Both the position numbers and the translations under genes were made by a program. Positions 28,488 through 38,568 of a DNA stretch of 64,000 nt are shown here, piece by piece. This DNA is from a virus. Lineage: Duplodnaviria; Caudoviricetes. The notes under the pieces are model-generated. The model had not been told where the DNA came from. It did no database searches and was given only the letters and a program-made list of their open reading frames with translations. How positions within the stretch are numbered: the first letter of the stretch is position 1; each line of letters opens with the position of its first letter. Location of the stretch: positions 4,313-68,312 of IMG/VR virus record IMGVR_UViG_3300030118_002002. One strand, 5' to 3'.

Positions 28488-28979
28488 TTATTTTATAGTA
28501 AGTTCAGTGACATGCTGTCCTGTAGCTGAAGTACCTGCACCACCAGCAGTTATTGTCATAACCCCTGCACTGGTTATAGTTCCAGCGAGTGTGTCTTTTG
28601 TACCAGCAGCAGTTGAAGTTTGGTTACTGAAGTTTCCTACAGTACCTACTGTTGGTGCTGATGTTGAAACAGCATCTGCTTGAGTGTATGACTGGGTAAA
28701 GCTGAAAGCTGCACCAGGTACATCCTGAGTTGCTGCTATAGTACCAGGAGCATAAACACCTGAAGTTATAGTACCAACACTGACTGTGCCAGCTGTTGTA
28801 CCATCAGTTGTGTCCACACCGTTTCCCGTTATCGAGAACGAGGATCCAATCCTCTCAACCTGTGTTGCTGCTGCGTTCACTTGTAACTGAACACTTGATG
28901 ACAGTCTGTGAGTAATGTCTGCACGAGCAGTCATCGGTGCAGCTAACGCTAACATAATAAAAGGAATAAGTTTTTTCAT
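28488..28979 (-). CDS. putative exported Thr/Ala/Gly-rich hypothetical protein
   Basis: Signal peptide MKKLIPFIMLALAAPMTARA; start placed at 28979. Confidence 0.75.
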   Translation of the reverse strand: MKKLIPFIMLALAAPMTARADITHRLSSSVQLQVNAAATQVERIGSSFSITGNGVDTTDGTTAGTVSVGTITSGVYAPGTIAATQDVPGAAFSFTQSYTQADAVSTSAPTVGTVGNFSNQTSTAAGTKDTLAGTITSAGVMTITAGGAGTSATGQHVTELTIK

Positions 28980-29002
28980 TCTTATACGTAGCATTCTAGC
29001 CG

Positions 29003-29010
29003 TATTTATG
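29003..29010 (-). promoter_or_regulatory. late promoter candidate for the reverse-strand operon
   Basis: CATAAATA on the minus strand about 25 nt upstream of ATG 28979. Confidence 0.55.
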
Positions 29011-29045
29011 ATAATATATATCCAACGATAAAAATACCTAGAAAC

Positions 29046-29705
29046 ATGAGAATTTTTCTTGACACTGCCGATACAGAAGTGATCAACAAGCACTATGTCA
29101 CTGGTCTTATAGACGGTGTCACAACAAACCCAACTCTCATACGTAAGAGTGGTAGAGATCCTATCAAAGTTTACGAAGAGTTAGCAGAGTTAGGACTCAC
29201 TGACATCAGTATGGAGGTTGGTGGTAATGCTATGGAGATGGTAGAACAAGGTAATAAACTTGCTACTTTGTTTGGAAAGGTTGCAACCATTAAGGTTCCA
29301 TGTACCGTTGAAGGTCTATGGGTGTGTAGAGAGTTGAGAAGAAACCTTATAAATGTAAATGTAACTTTGATATTCTCAGCAGCACAGGCAATCCTTGCAG
29401 CAAAGGCAGGAGCAAAGTATGTTTCTCCTTTTGTGGGCAGATTGAATGACAACTCTGTAAATGGATTAGATTTGATTCAAGAAATCAATAGTATATTCAC
29501 AATGCAAGGTGTTCATGAGACAGAGATACTATCTGCATCTATTAGAGATGTGTCTGGTGTGTCTGGTTCATTCGCTAGAGGTGCCGACATAGTTACAATG
29601 CCACCATCAGTATTTGAAAAGATGTACAACCACATCTTGACTGATAAGGGGTTAGAACTTTTCAATGCAGATTTAGAGAGCATAGCAAATGCGAATCATT
29701 CATAA
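29046..29705 (+). CDS. talC: transaldolase (TalC/fructose-6-phosphate aldolase family)
   Basis: FLDTAD, GVTTNPTL, IKVP, NVTLIFS, YVSPFVGR, ASIR. Confidence 0.96.
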   Translation: MRIFLDTADTEVINKHYVTGLIDGVTTNPTLIRKSGRDPIKVYEELAELGLTDISMEVGGNAMEMVEQGNKLATLFGKVATIKVPCTVEGLWVCRELRRNLINVNVTLIFSAAQAILAAKAGAKYVSPFVGRLNDNSVNGLDLIQEINSIFTMQGVHETEILSASIRDVSGVSGSFARGADIVTMPPSVFEKMYNHILTDKGLELFNADLESIANANHS

Positions 29706-30252
29706 CGCAGTATCAGATGAACTCATCGATAGATGTCTCGATGAAATACAAAAAAAGAAGACGCAAGATGTTTGGGGTATATCCAAATGGAAATGGAATG
29801 CTCCACTAACTAAAGGTTTCAAACAATTTTGTTTCTCTTCTAGACCTGAGGTATATCAATTCAATGATCTTAGGAATCAACTCACACAATACTTTCACAG
29901 AGTACCTACAAATATAAACTATCATTTGTGGTTACCAGGTTCTGGTATCAACTGGCATGATGACAACATGAACCTCTACGGTGCTACATTATATTTGAAT
30001 GATTGGGTACCAGAAAAGGGTGGTGTATTCATGTGGAAAGAAAAAGATACTGAAGAATTGAAGTGCATGCATCCTCAAAGAAATATGCTCATGATAAATG
30101 AGTATGGAGAAGATCATGCTGTCACCCCTATCATGGTAAATGAGGGAGCAGGATTGAGATTGTCTGTGCAGATATTCTGTCAATACCCTAATGAAGAGTT
30201 GAATCGAGGTCAACCATCAGCACCTGTACCACCAGAAGGACATTACGATTAA
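29689..30252 (+). CDS. 2OG-Fe(II) oxygenase
   Basis: WHDD, TLYLN.W....GG, HAVTP, R.S. Confidence 0.85.
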   Translation: MRIIHNAVSDELIDRCLDEIQKKKTQDVWGISKWKWNAPLTKGFKQFCFSSRPEVYQFNDLRNQLTQYFHRVPTNINYHLWLPGSGINWHDDNMNLYGATLYLNDWVPEKGGVFMWKEKDTEELKCMHPQRNMLMINEYGEDHAVTPIMVNEGAGLRLSVQIFCQYPNEELNRGQPSAPVPPEGHYD

Positions 30253-30786
30253 ATGCATCTTCACTCTAAACATATTGGTCTTGATTGGGCAGATGATGTA
30301 GAACTGCTCTGCAATAAACTTATACTACAACATAAATGGAGTAGTAAAAACTATAAGAGAGGTGAGTATGTATTTGATATAGCACCTAATAATCTAGGAT
30401 TCTTTCAACCCCTATTTGATATAATAAAACAAGAAGTTATAACACTATATCCTAAGGCAGATATACCAGATAGAATATTCAATAAGAGTTGGGCGTACGT
30501 ATCTAATCAAGATAGGACTGTCAGTTTTTTTCACAATCATATGTCAGAAAAGGTAAGGAAGGATATATCCACTGTGTTCTACCTAAAAAAACCACCAAAC
30601 TCAGGTGATATTATGTTTTTATTGGGAGAGGAAACACATATACATAAACCAGTAGAAGGTGAACTCATCATCTTCCCTGCTACATACTATCACTCACCTT
30701 TGCCATCAAAAACAAAGGAATATCGGATAGCAATCAACGTCAATGTAATGACTCTAAATGAGTATGATTACTTCCTTGACAACTGA
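30253..30786 (+). CDS. 2OG-Fe(II) oxygenase
   Basis: SW, HNH, VFYL, LIIFP...H, RIAI..N. Confidence 0.8.
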   Translation: MHLHSKHIGLDWADDVELLCNKLILQHKWSSKNYKRGEYVFDIAPNNLGFFQPLFDIIKQEVITLYPKADIPDRIFNKSWAYVSNQDRTVSFFHNHMSEKVRKDISTVFYLKKPPNSGDIMFLLGEETHIHKPVEGELIIFPATYYHSPLPSKTKEYRIAINVNVMTLNEYDYFLDN

Positions 30787-30805
30787 GGTGAATGAACAGT
30801 ATAAT
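30776..30805 (+). promoter_or_regulatory. sigma70-type promoter at the start of the sugar-modification island
   Basis: TTGACA-N18-TATAAT. Confidence 0.6.
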
Positions 30806-30827
30806 TATGTCGTTAGTTCAAAAAACA

Positions 30828-31058
30828 ATGTCGAAGAAGGGATCTTTTCTTTCGAGATTCAAAAACAAATCTCAACTACTTGTATCTGCTGTTGAAAATA
30901 AGATAGACTTAGAGTATGATCATCCTAATCTTTATGATTCTCTAAGGTCTTTCTATCAGTCACAAGACATTTATTTTTACAATGATAGAGAAAGGGATTA
31001 CGATGTTATTATGGAGAACTTAGAGTATGATTTATTGAATACGGGGTTTATTGGATGA
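30828..31058 (+). CDS. hypothetical protein
   Basis: ORF; start placed at ATG 30828, downstream of the promoter. Confidence 0.65.
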   Translation: MSKKGSFLSRFKNKSQLLVSAVENKIDLEYDHPNLYDSLRSFYQSQDIYFYNDRERDYDVIMENLEYDLLNTGFIG

Positions 31059-31417
31059 TTGAAAAAGAAAGAAGACCATGGGGTTACTTCACTGTCTTAC
31101 AAAGAGGTGACAAGTATTGTGTCAAAGAACTCTTCATAGAACCAGAGATGAGGATCTCTCTACAATTCCATCGGTATCGCACTGAGGACTGGGTTGTTGT
31201 AGAAGGTGATGGTATAATAACTCAAGGTAATTTAGAGACACCATGTAAAGTTGGCGATACATTCTTCATACAGATAGAACAACGTCATCGTATACAGGGT
31301 GGTAAAAACGGAATAAGAATTATAGAAGTACAAAGAGGTGACTGTCAGGAAGATGACATCGTAAGACTACAAGATGATTATAATCGTGTAGATCATTTTG
31401 CATGGGGTCACTACTAA
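31055..31417 (+). CDS. mannose-6-phosphate isomerase-type cupin (ManC C-terminal-like)
   Basis: RPWG, SLQFH..R.EDW, HRI, IIEVQ.G...EDDIVRLQD.Y.R. Confidence 0.9.
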   Translation: MIEKERRPWGYFTVLQRGDKYCVKELFIEPEMRISLQFHRYRTEDWVVVEGDGIITQGNLETPCKVGDTFFIQIEQRHRIQGGKNGIRIIEVQRGDCQEDDIVRLQDDYNRVDHFAWGHY

Positions 31418-31626
31418 TGAATCCAAATGATTTCACACCAGAAGACCCTGCACATTACCAACGTGGTAATATACAAGTTTGGGATTTCATAGCAGATCAA
31501 GGACTTGATTTCTTCACTGGTAATGTAGTAAAGTATGTCTGTCGTGCAGGACACAAGGACGATAAAGTCCAAGATTTGAAGAAGGCAAAAGCATACATTG
31601 ATAAACTTATAGACTTATGTTCCTAG
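31417..31626 (+). CDS. DUF3310 family protein (T7 gp1.7-like)
   Basis: PAHY, DFI, GNVVKYV.RAG.K, DLKKA..Y. Confidence 0.85.
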   Translation: MNPNDFTPEDPAHYQRGNIQVWDFIADQGLDFFTGNVVKYVCRAGHKDDKVQDLKKAKAYIDKLIDLCS

Positions 31627-32561
31627 TTACAGGTGGTGCAGGATTTATTGGCAGTAACTTCCTACACTATCTCAAAAAATATACTGGTGTAGATGATCAG
31701 ATTGTTATCATTGACAACCTATCTTATGCTGCTGACAAACAATACATGCCACTCAATGATCAGTTTGTATTTGAGTACTGTGATATATCACAGGAGGAGA
31801 ATGTAAATTATATCTTTGATAAGTATAAGATCAAGAAAGTATTTCACTTTGCTGCTGAGTCACATGTTGATAATAGTATAACTAATTACAGACCTTTCTT
31901 AGAAGCAAATGTAATAGGCACAATCAATTTATTGAATGCCAGTCTAAGACATAACGTAGAGAAGTTCCATCACATATCTACAGATGAAGTGTATGGTTCT
32001 TTAGAATATTATGATAAGGTATTATTCAAGGAGACAACACCATATGACCCTAGAAATCCGTACTCAGCAAGCAAAGCAGCGTCTGACCATTTTGTCAAGA
32101 CGTGGCATAACACTTATGGTCTACCTTATCTTATTACTAACTGCTCTAACAATTATGGTCCTCATCAACATGTAGAGAAGTTGATACCTAAAGTTATATA
32201 CAATGCGTTTAGAAATAAGATTACATACATGCATCAAGGTGGACATCAAGTAAGAGATTGGTTATATGTTTACGATCATTGTTCTGCAATATGGAAACTG
32301 GAAGAGAAGAACATAATCAACGATCACTTCAACGTAGGTGGTTCATGTGAGAAGAGAAATATAGATGTTACTATAATGATATTAGATATGCTGAAGAAAC
32401 CACATGATCTGATTGGTATCAGCAATGAAAGACCTGGTATTGACAAACGATACGGAATGGATCATAGTAAGATTACACAACGTACAGGATGGAAACCTAC
32501 TACAGATTTTGAAGTAGGTATCCGTGCTACTATCACATGGTATCTTGAAAAGCTAGTATGA
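31617..32561 (+). CDS. rfbB: dTDP-glucose 4,6-dehydratase
   Basis: TGGAGFIG, HFAAESHVD, STDEVYG, YSASK, CSNNYGP. Confidence 0.92.
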   Translation: MFLVTGGAGFIGSNFLHYLKKYTGVDDQIVIIDNLSYAADKQYMPLNDQFVFEYCDISQEENVNYIFDKYKIKKVFHFAAESHVDNSITNYRPFLEANVIGTINLLNASLRHNVEKFHHISTDEVYGSLEYYDKVLFKETTPYDPRNPYSASKAASDHFVKTWHNTYGLPYLITNCSNNYGPHQHVEKLIPKVIYNAFRNKITYMHQGGHQVRDWLYVYDHCSAIWKLEEKNIINDHFNVGGSCEKRNIDVTIMILDMLKKPHDLIGISNERPGIDKRYGMDHSKITQRTGWKPTTDFEVGIRATITWYLEKLV

Positions 32562-33376
32562 TTTCACTATACGGTCACGGTTTCATAGGTAAACATTTCA
32601 AAAACCTATACAAGGAACAAGTTGAAGTACAGGACAGAGATGATAGAGTGCCAAGACACAACGACATCCTGTACATGATCTCTACCACCCACAATTACAA
32701 TGTACATGATAAGATCACTTTGGATGTCGAAACAAATCTTCGAGTCCTTTGTGAAACACTCGACTTCTGTAGATCAGAAGACATCACATTCAATTTCGTT
32801 TCCTCATGGTTTGTCTATGGCAAAGGGGGAACACTTCCCGCCACAGAAGTATCGGTATGCAACCCAAGAGGATTTTATTCTATTACCAAAAAGTGTGCGG
32901 AAGATCTTATTATTTCTTTCGCAGAAACTACTGGGATGAAGTATAGAATCCTGAGACTATGCAATGTCATGGGTGAGGGAGATACTAATGCCAGTAGGAA
33001 AAAGAATGCTATCCAATGGATGGTAAATGAATTGAAACAAGATCGTGATATCAAAGTATATGATAATGGATCTCATTGTCGTGATATAATGCATGTCAAG
33101 GATGTATGTAGAGCAATGAAACTTGTTATGGACAAGGGTGAGTTGAATGAAATCTACAACATAGGGTCAGGACAACCCACTAAGGTTAGTGAGATTGTAG
33201 AACTCGCTAAACACTTCACAAGATCTCGTGGTGAGATTATAAACATTGATCCACCAGAGTTCCATAACAACGTGCAGACACAACACTTCTGGTTAGATAC
33301 ATCTAAGTTGAGGAAGTTAGGTTTTGCTCAACATATAACAAACGAATTCATAGTAAAGGATTTATGTATAACCTAG
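32558..33376 (+). CDS. NAD-dependent epimerase/dehydratase
   Basis: GHGFIG, SS..VYG, YSITK, RD.MHV.D. Confidence 0.85.
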   Translation: MISLYGHGFIGKHFKNLYKEQVEVQDRDDRVPRHNDILYMISTTHNYNVHDKITLDVETNLRVLCETLDFCRSEDITFNFVSSWFVYGKGGTLPATEVSVCNPRGFYSITKKCAEDLIISFAETTGMKYRILRLCNVMGEGDTNASRKKNAIQWMVNELKQDRDIKVYDNGSHCRDIMHVKDVCRAMKLVMDKGELNEIYNIGSGQPTKVSEIVELAKHFTRSRGEIINIDPPEFHNNVQTQHFWLDTSKLRKLGFAQHITNEFIVKDLCIT

Positions 33377-34668
33377 GAGAACAGGTCGACAACTTCATAT
33401 TCAGTCTTGAGAAAGGTGGATATGATATCATGCCTTATCTTCCAAACAAGAATTGGAAACCAGGCGATCCCATTTATTACTCAGGTCCTTACTGGGACAA
33501 TAGAGAAGTTACTGCTGCTATTACAACATTACTAGGTGGTAAGTGGTTGCCAGCAGGAGAGAATGTCAATAAGTTTGAACGTGCATTCTCTAAGAAGTTT
33601 GACTTCAAGCACTCTGTGATGGTAAACAGTGGTTCGTCTGCTAACCTAGTGATGATTGCTGCGTTGAAAAAATATTTTGATTGGCATGATGGAGATGAAA
33701 TTATAGTATGTGCATGTGGTTTTCCTACTACTATCAATCCAATCATTCAAGCAGGGTTGAAACCTGTTTTTGTAGATATTGATATGGAGGATTTGAACTG
33801 GAACCTACAACAGATTGAGGATAAATTAACACCTAGAACTGTTGCTGTTTTCTCTTCACCTGTCCTTGGCAATCCCTATGACTTCGATAAGTTTTTTAAG
33901 ATTCTTGATAGGAACAGATTGCATTACATCGCTGACAATTGTGACTCCTTGGGTAGCAAGTGGAGAGGTGAGTTGCTGACTAAAAAAGCCGTCGCAGCGT
34001 CTTGTTCTTTCTATCCAGCTCATCATATCTGCACTATTGAAGGTGGAATGGTCTCCTCTAACATCGAGGAGATAGTTCAGATCGCCAGATCGTTTGCTTG
34101 GTGGGGTCGTGGATGTTATTGTGTAGGTGCCCAAAATAAATTGTCCAACGGTGTCTGTGGAAAGAGATTTGATCGCTGGTTGGAAGGGTACGACAAGGAT
34201 GTCGATCATAAGTATGTCTTTGGCGTCCAAGGATACAACCTCAAGCCTGCCGATCTGCAAGGGTCTATTGGACTTGTGCAGTTGGAGAAGCAGACAGAGA
34301 TACATTGTGTCCGTCGTATGAATAAAGGAGCACTCACTCAGGTCTTCAACCAAATTCCTGGTTGCAGGGTTGTTGAAGAGAAAGAACATGCTGAGACCTC
34401 TTGGTTTGGAGTTCCGATAATATATAAGGACGGTAAACACCACCTTGTAAAGTATCTAGAAGATCATGGAATCCAAACGAGGAATTATTTTGCTGGTAAT
34501 ATTCTTATGCATCCTGCTTATAGGCATATCGAACCTGCATCAAACTATCCCAGAGCTTCAGAAGTTCTAGACAACGTGTTCTTTTTAGGATGTTCACCAG
34601 TTATTACGGTGGACATGCTAGACTACATAGATCATGTTATAATAAAATATATCAAAGAAAACAAATGA
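33364..34668 (+). CDS. DegT/DnrJ family enzyme, RfbH-like 3-dehydratase
   Basis: VNSGSSANL, DNCDSLG, SFYPAHH (His at the PLP-Lys position), GRGCYC Cys cluster. Confidence 0.85.
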   Translation: MYNLGEQVDNFIFSLEKGGYDIMPYLPNKNWKPGDPIYYSGPYWDNREVTAAITTLLGGKWLPAGENVNKFERAFSKKFDFKHSVMVNSGSSANLVMIAALKKYFDWHDGDEIIVCACGFPTTINPIIQAGLKPVFVDIDMEDLNWNLQQIEDKLTPRTVAVFSSPVLGNPYDFDKFFKILDRNRLHYIADNCDSLGSKWRGELLTKKAVAASCSFYPAHHICTIEGGMVSSNIEEIVQIARSFAWWGRGCYCVGAQNKLSNGVCGKRFDRWLEGYDKDVDHKYVFGVQGYNLKPADLQGSIGLVQLEKQTEIHCVRRMNKGALTQVFNQIPGCRVVEEKEHAETSWFGVPIIYKDGKHHLVKYLEDHGIQTRNYFAGNILMHPAYRHIEPASNYPRASEVLDNVFFLGCSPVITVDMLDYIDHVIIKYIKENK

Positions 34669-35798
34669 AAAAGACAGCATTAGTGCTTGGTGCCGGTGGG
34701 TTCATCGGTTCACATATGGTCAAAAGATTGATTAGCGAAGGTTATTGGGTAAGAGGTGTTGACCTCAAGCACCCTGACTTTTCTGATACTGCTGCCAATG
34801 AGTTTGTAACAGGAGATCTCACAGATAGAGACTTCATGAGAAGAGTCATTCACTTTAGAGGAGAGCAAGGCAACTTCTATGCTAGTGTTCCTTTTCAGTA
34901 TGAAGAACCTTTTGATGAGATATATCAATTCGCTGCTGACATGGGTGGTGCAGGATATATCTTTACTGGTGAGCATGATGCTGACTTGATGCATAACTCT
35001 GCTCTTATTAACATAAATCTCCTATCATGTCAAAAGGAGATGAATGAAAGTTACCCACGTCTATTACAACCTGTACCTGACGTAGTGGGTAAAACTAAAA
35101 TATTCTATTCAAGTTCTGCCTGTATGTACCCTGAGTACAACCAACTTGATCCAAATAATCCTGATTGTCGTGAGGATTCCGCTTACCCTGCTGCACCTGA
35201 TTCTGAATATGGATGGGAAAAATTATTCAGCGAGAGGTTATATCTCGCTTACAATCGTAATCATAATTTCGATATTAGGATTGCGAGATACCATAACATC
35301 TACGGACCAGAAGGAACTTGGTACGGTGGAAGAGAAAAAGCTCCCGCAGCTATCTGTAGAAAGGTCGCATATGCCTCAGATGGAGACTCCATTGAAGTAT
35401 GGGGAGATGGACTTCAAACACGAAGCTTCCTCTTCATCGATGAATGTATTGAAGCAACACGTAGACTCATGGAAGGAACGTGGACTGCTCCCATAAACAT
35501 AGGGTCAGAAGAGATGGTGACCATTGATCAGTTAGTAGATACTGCTGCTAAAGTTGCCAAGAAAGAAATCGGTAAGGATCATATTGATGTACCACACACA
35601 GGTGTAAGAGGTAGAAACTCTAACAACGATCTTATCAGAGAGAAGTTAGGTTGGGATTATAGTACAACACTTGAAGAGGGAATGAGTAAGACATACAACT
35701 GGATCATGTCACAGATTACTAAGGATATGTTCCCTGTTGATGCAGAGCGTGATATAACTGGTAAAAAGTATCTGTCTTATGGTAACTGTAGCAAATGA
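34665..35798 (+). CDS. GDP-mannose 3,5-epimerase-like NAD-dependent epimerase
   Basis: GAGGFIG, AADMGGAG, SSACMYP, YGWEK, REKAPAA.CRK, GVRGRNS. Confidence 0.88.
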   Translation: MKKTALVLGAGGFIGSHMVKRLISEGYWVRGVDLKHPDFSDTAANEFVTGDLTDRDFMRRVIHFRGEQGNFYASVPFQYEEPFDEIYQFAADMGGAGYIFTGEHDADLMHNSALININLLSCQKEMNESYPRLLQPVPDVVGKTKIFYSSSACMYPEYNQLDPNNPDCREDSAYPAAPDSEYGWEKLFSERLYLAYNRNHNFDIRIARYHNIYGPEGTWYGGREKAPAAICRKVAYASDGDSIEVWGDGLQTRSFLFIDECIEATRRLMEGTWTAPINIGSEEMVTIDQLVDTAAKVAKKEIGKDHIDVPHTGVRGRNSNNDLIREKLGWDYSTTLEEGMSKTYNWIMSQITKDMFPVDAERDITGKKYLSYGNCSK

Positions 35799-36451
35799 AT
35801 ACAACCTATAATTATGAAAAGGATACACTAAAGCATCCTTTCAGTGGACACACTAAAGTATTTGAAAATTACTCTCAAGCATATCAGGACTTGTTTGTTC
35901 TCTCTATGCTGAAGGGTAAGAAGAATGGTAAGTATGTTGAGGTTGGTGCAAACCATCCTCAAAGTATGAGTAACACATTCTTATTAGAGACTGTGTTTGG
36001 TTGGAGGGGATTCTCTATTGAAATAGAGAAATCAATGTGTGAAGTTTTCAATGGAGACATGGCAAGACAGAACCATTGTTATGAAGCAGATGGCACAGCG
36101 TTTGATTACGAGACAGCAATCAAGAAAGAGAAGTGGCAAGGTAGAATAGATTATCTTTCTCTTGACTGTGAACCACCCAACATAACATTTGATGTACTCA
36201 AAAAGTTTCCACTAGATGAGTACAGATGTAGTGTTATAACCTTTGAACATGATGCATACAAAGATGGTTTTGGTATCATGGATGCGTCAAGAAAATACTT
36301 GACAGAGAAAGGATATGTGTTAGTATGTTCTAGTGTATGTAACGGATCAAATCCATATGAAGACTGGTGGATTGATCCATACGTAGTCAAAGAGGAAACA
36401 TACAAACCATTTGAATGTATGGGTTCCGAAGCAAGAAACATTTTCATATGA
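35795..36451 (+). CDS. FkbM-like SAM-dependent methyltransferase
   Basis: SQ..QD, YVEVGA, SNT..LE...W.G..IE, IDYLSLD.E. Confidence 0.8.
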   Translation: MNTTYNYEKDTLKHPFSGHTKVFENYSQAYQDLFVLSMLKGKKNGKYVEVGANHPQSMSNTFLLETVFGWRGFSIEIEKSMCEVFNGDMARQNHCYEADGTAFDYETAIKKEKWQGRIDYLSLDCEPPNITFDVLKKFPLDEYRCSVITFEHDAYKDGFGIMDASRKYLTEKGYVLVCSSVCNGSNPYEDWWIDPYVVKEETYKPFECMGSEARNIFI

Positions 36452-37224
36452 AAATTTCTCATTGGTATGGTAGACTAGGTAATAACATACAACAATGTGC
36501 TGTTGGTTTGATGATGGCACAAGCATACAAAACAACATTTGAATCAATACCACATGATGTCATCAAACAATTTTCGGTTAAATTTGGGGATGGTCGTAGT
36601 GACCATCAGTCCAAATTTTTCTATTATCAAGGACCGTACAAAGAGGTTACGATTGATTCTTCGTTGGTCTACACACAGATACGAGCGTTTTGTAAGGAGT
36701 TTATATACCCTCAGTTGGCACTCCCCAGTGTTGATGTTCCTGATGACACTCTTGTCATCCATATTCGCAGTGGAGATGTTTTTGACAAGAACGTCACTAA
36801 CCCTAATCAATATGTTCCTAATCCCTATGTTTTTTATTCTTCTTTGTTTGAAGCCTTTGAAAAAGTTATAGTAGTAACAGAACCAGATTCTTGGAATCCT
36901 ATGATAAGAGAGATGATGTGGAATCCTAAAGTAACTATACAAAGAGGGACTTTAGAAGAAGACTTTGCTACTTTGTTGAACGCAAAACATGTAGCAACAT
37001 CAGGTGTAGGAACATTTGGTACTGCTGCTGCATTGTGCAGTAGAAAGATAGAAGAATTATATTGTACTGACCTCCATATTACAGAGCACCTAAATTATAA
37101 GATGTTCTATAATACTGATGTCAGGATAAACCTTATGGAACTACCTGATTACATAGGTATAGGAGAATGGACTAACTCTGATGAGCAACGACAATTCCTT
37201 TTCGATTACAAGGCACAAACTTAA
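36448..37224 (+). CDS. GT11-related glycosyltransferase-like protein
   Basis: GRLGNN..Q, IHIRSGD, GTF. Confidence 0.65.
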   Translation: MKISHWYGRLGNNIQQCAVGLMMAQAYKTTFESIPHDVIKQFSVKFGDGRSDHQSKFFYYQGPYKEVTIDSSLVYTQIRAFCKEFIYPQLALPSVDVPDDTLVIHIRSGDVFDKNVTNPNQYVPNPYVFYSSLFEAFEKVIVVTEPDSWNPMIREMMWNPKVTIQRGTLEEDFATLLNAKHVATSGVGTFGTAAALCSRKIEELYCTDLHITEHLNYKMFYNTDVRINLMELPDYIGIGEWTNSDEQRQFLFDYKAQT

Positions 37225-37723
37225 ACTCACACATCAGAAACTCATAGAGATTCTGTGTAAGAAGTTGCCATACTATTACTTTGATGATTGTGCTTATGGT
37301 AATTTTGAGCATGATCTAAAGACTGATATGCATCCGTACTTCAGTCATACATTATTGAATGAAGAAGGAGAGAAGTCAGAACACTTCCGTAAGTTCCCAT
37401 GGATTCCAATCGGTGAAGCAATAGGTATGCCTAATAATAAAATGATGAGAGCACACATGACATTACAATACCCTAGACCTGATGTCTTTGGTGTACCTCA
37501 TAACTCACATATAGATCAACCTGATAGAAAACATATTGTGGCACTATATTATCCTAATAAAGCAGACGGTGACACATTCTTTTTTGACTCTGATCAAAAC
37601 ATTATACATAGAGAAGCACCTGAAAGAGGGAAGGTTGTAGTCTTTGAAGGGTCACAGTATCACTCAAGTTCTTCACCATCTAAGACTACTAGATTCACCC
37701 TCAATATAAATTATTACCCATGA
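37181..37723 (+). CDS. 2OG-Fe(II) oxygenase
   Basis: HID, LYY.N..DGDT.FF, HSSS.P, R..LNIN. Confidence 0.75.
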   Translation: MSNDNSFSITRHKLKLTHQKLIEILCKKLPYYYFDDCAYGNFEHDLKTDMHPYFSHTLLNEEGEKSEHFRKFPWIPIGEAIGMPNNKMMRAHMTLQYPRPDVFGVPHNSHIDQPDRKHIVALYYPNKADGDTFFFDSDQNIIHREAPERGKVVVFEGSQYHSSSSPSKTTRFTLNINYYP

Positions 37724-38568
37724 AAATTTTTGACGTTTTTACTTTTTATAATGAACTAGATCTGTTAGAACTAAGAATGAATATCTTAGGTAACTCAGTA
37801 GATTATTTTGTTATCAATGAGGCAAACATAACCTTCACAGGTAAACCAAAACCACTATACTTTGCAGAGAATAGAAAGAGATTTAAAAAGTGGGAAGATA
37901 AAATAATATATCATCTGACAGAGGACAATAATAAAACATACGAGCAGTACTATGAGGGTGTCCCTTACCATCGTAGTATGATAGAAGAGGGTATAAAAGA
38001 TTTACCAATACATTATCAGAGAGCATGCTTCCATAAGGACTCAGCAATCTATGGGTTCCTTGATATAGCAGAGGACAATGATATCATACTAACAAGTGAT
38101 GCAGATGAGATTGCAAACCCAGAAGCGATAAAATGTATAGGCAGTTGGTTTGATCCCAAGAATCATTATGTATTGACAGGTCCTTTATATTACTATTACC
38201 TCAATGTAAAGTGTGAGGATCAGTGGATGGGAACAAGAGTATGTGATATGAAAACACTGAAGACTATGAGTGTAGATAAACTAAGACAGTCACATGAATT
38301 TGCATACAAGATTGCTGATGCATCATGGCACTGGAGTTTCTTTGGTGATGCTGATACTGTTAGGGAGAAGATGGATGCATATGAACATCAAGAAAATAAT
38401 AAAGCAGAGTTCAGAGATAGTATGGAGGACAGGATAAAAAATAATCAAGATCCTTATGGTAGAAGTTATCTGTATACTCCTACAACTGTACCAATAGACG
38501 ATTCATTCCCTGCTTATGTAAGAGCACAGAAAAATCGTAAGTTGAAGAAGTTTGTAAAAACATCATGA
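37720..38568 (+). CDS. GT17 family glycosyltransferase
   Basis: F.FYNELDLLELR, E...TFTG.PK, SDADEI, WHWSF. Confidence 0.85.
   Translation: MKIFDVFTFYNELDLLELRMNILGNSVDYFVINEANITFTGKPKPLYFAENRKRFKKWEDKIIYHLTEDNNKTYEQYYEGVPYHRSMIEEGIKDLPIHYQRACFHKDSAIYGFLDIAEDNDIILTSDADEIANPEAIKCIGSWFDPKNHYVLTGPLYYYYLNVKCEDQWMGTRVCDMKTLKTMSVDKLRQSHEFAYKIADASWHWSFFGDADTVREKMDAYEHQENNKAEFRDSMEDRIKNNQDPYGRSYLYTPTTVPIDDSFPAYVRAQKNRKLKKFVKTS

Noticed and set aside
28980-29093. Long N-terminal extension of the 201 aa minus-strand ORF
   Set aside because: It overlaps talC and the late promoter; the signal peptide begins at ATG 28979
33856-34443. 195 aa antisense ORF and the many other short shadow ORFs inside core genes
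   Set aside because: They lie fully within well-supported genes on another frame or strand and show no recognisable motifs
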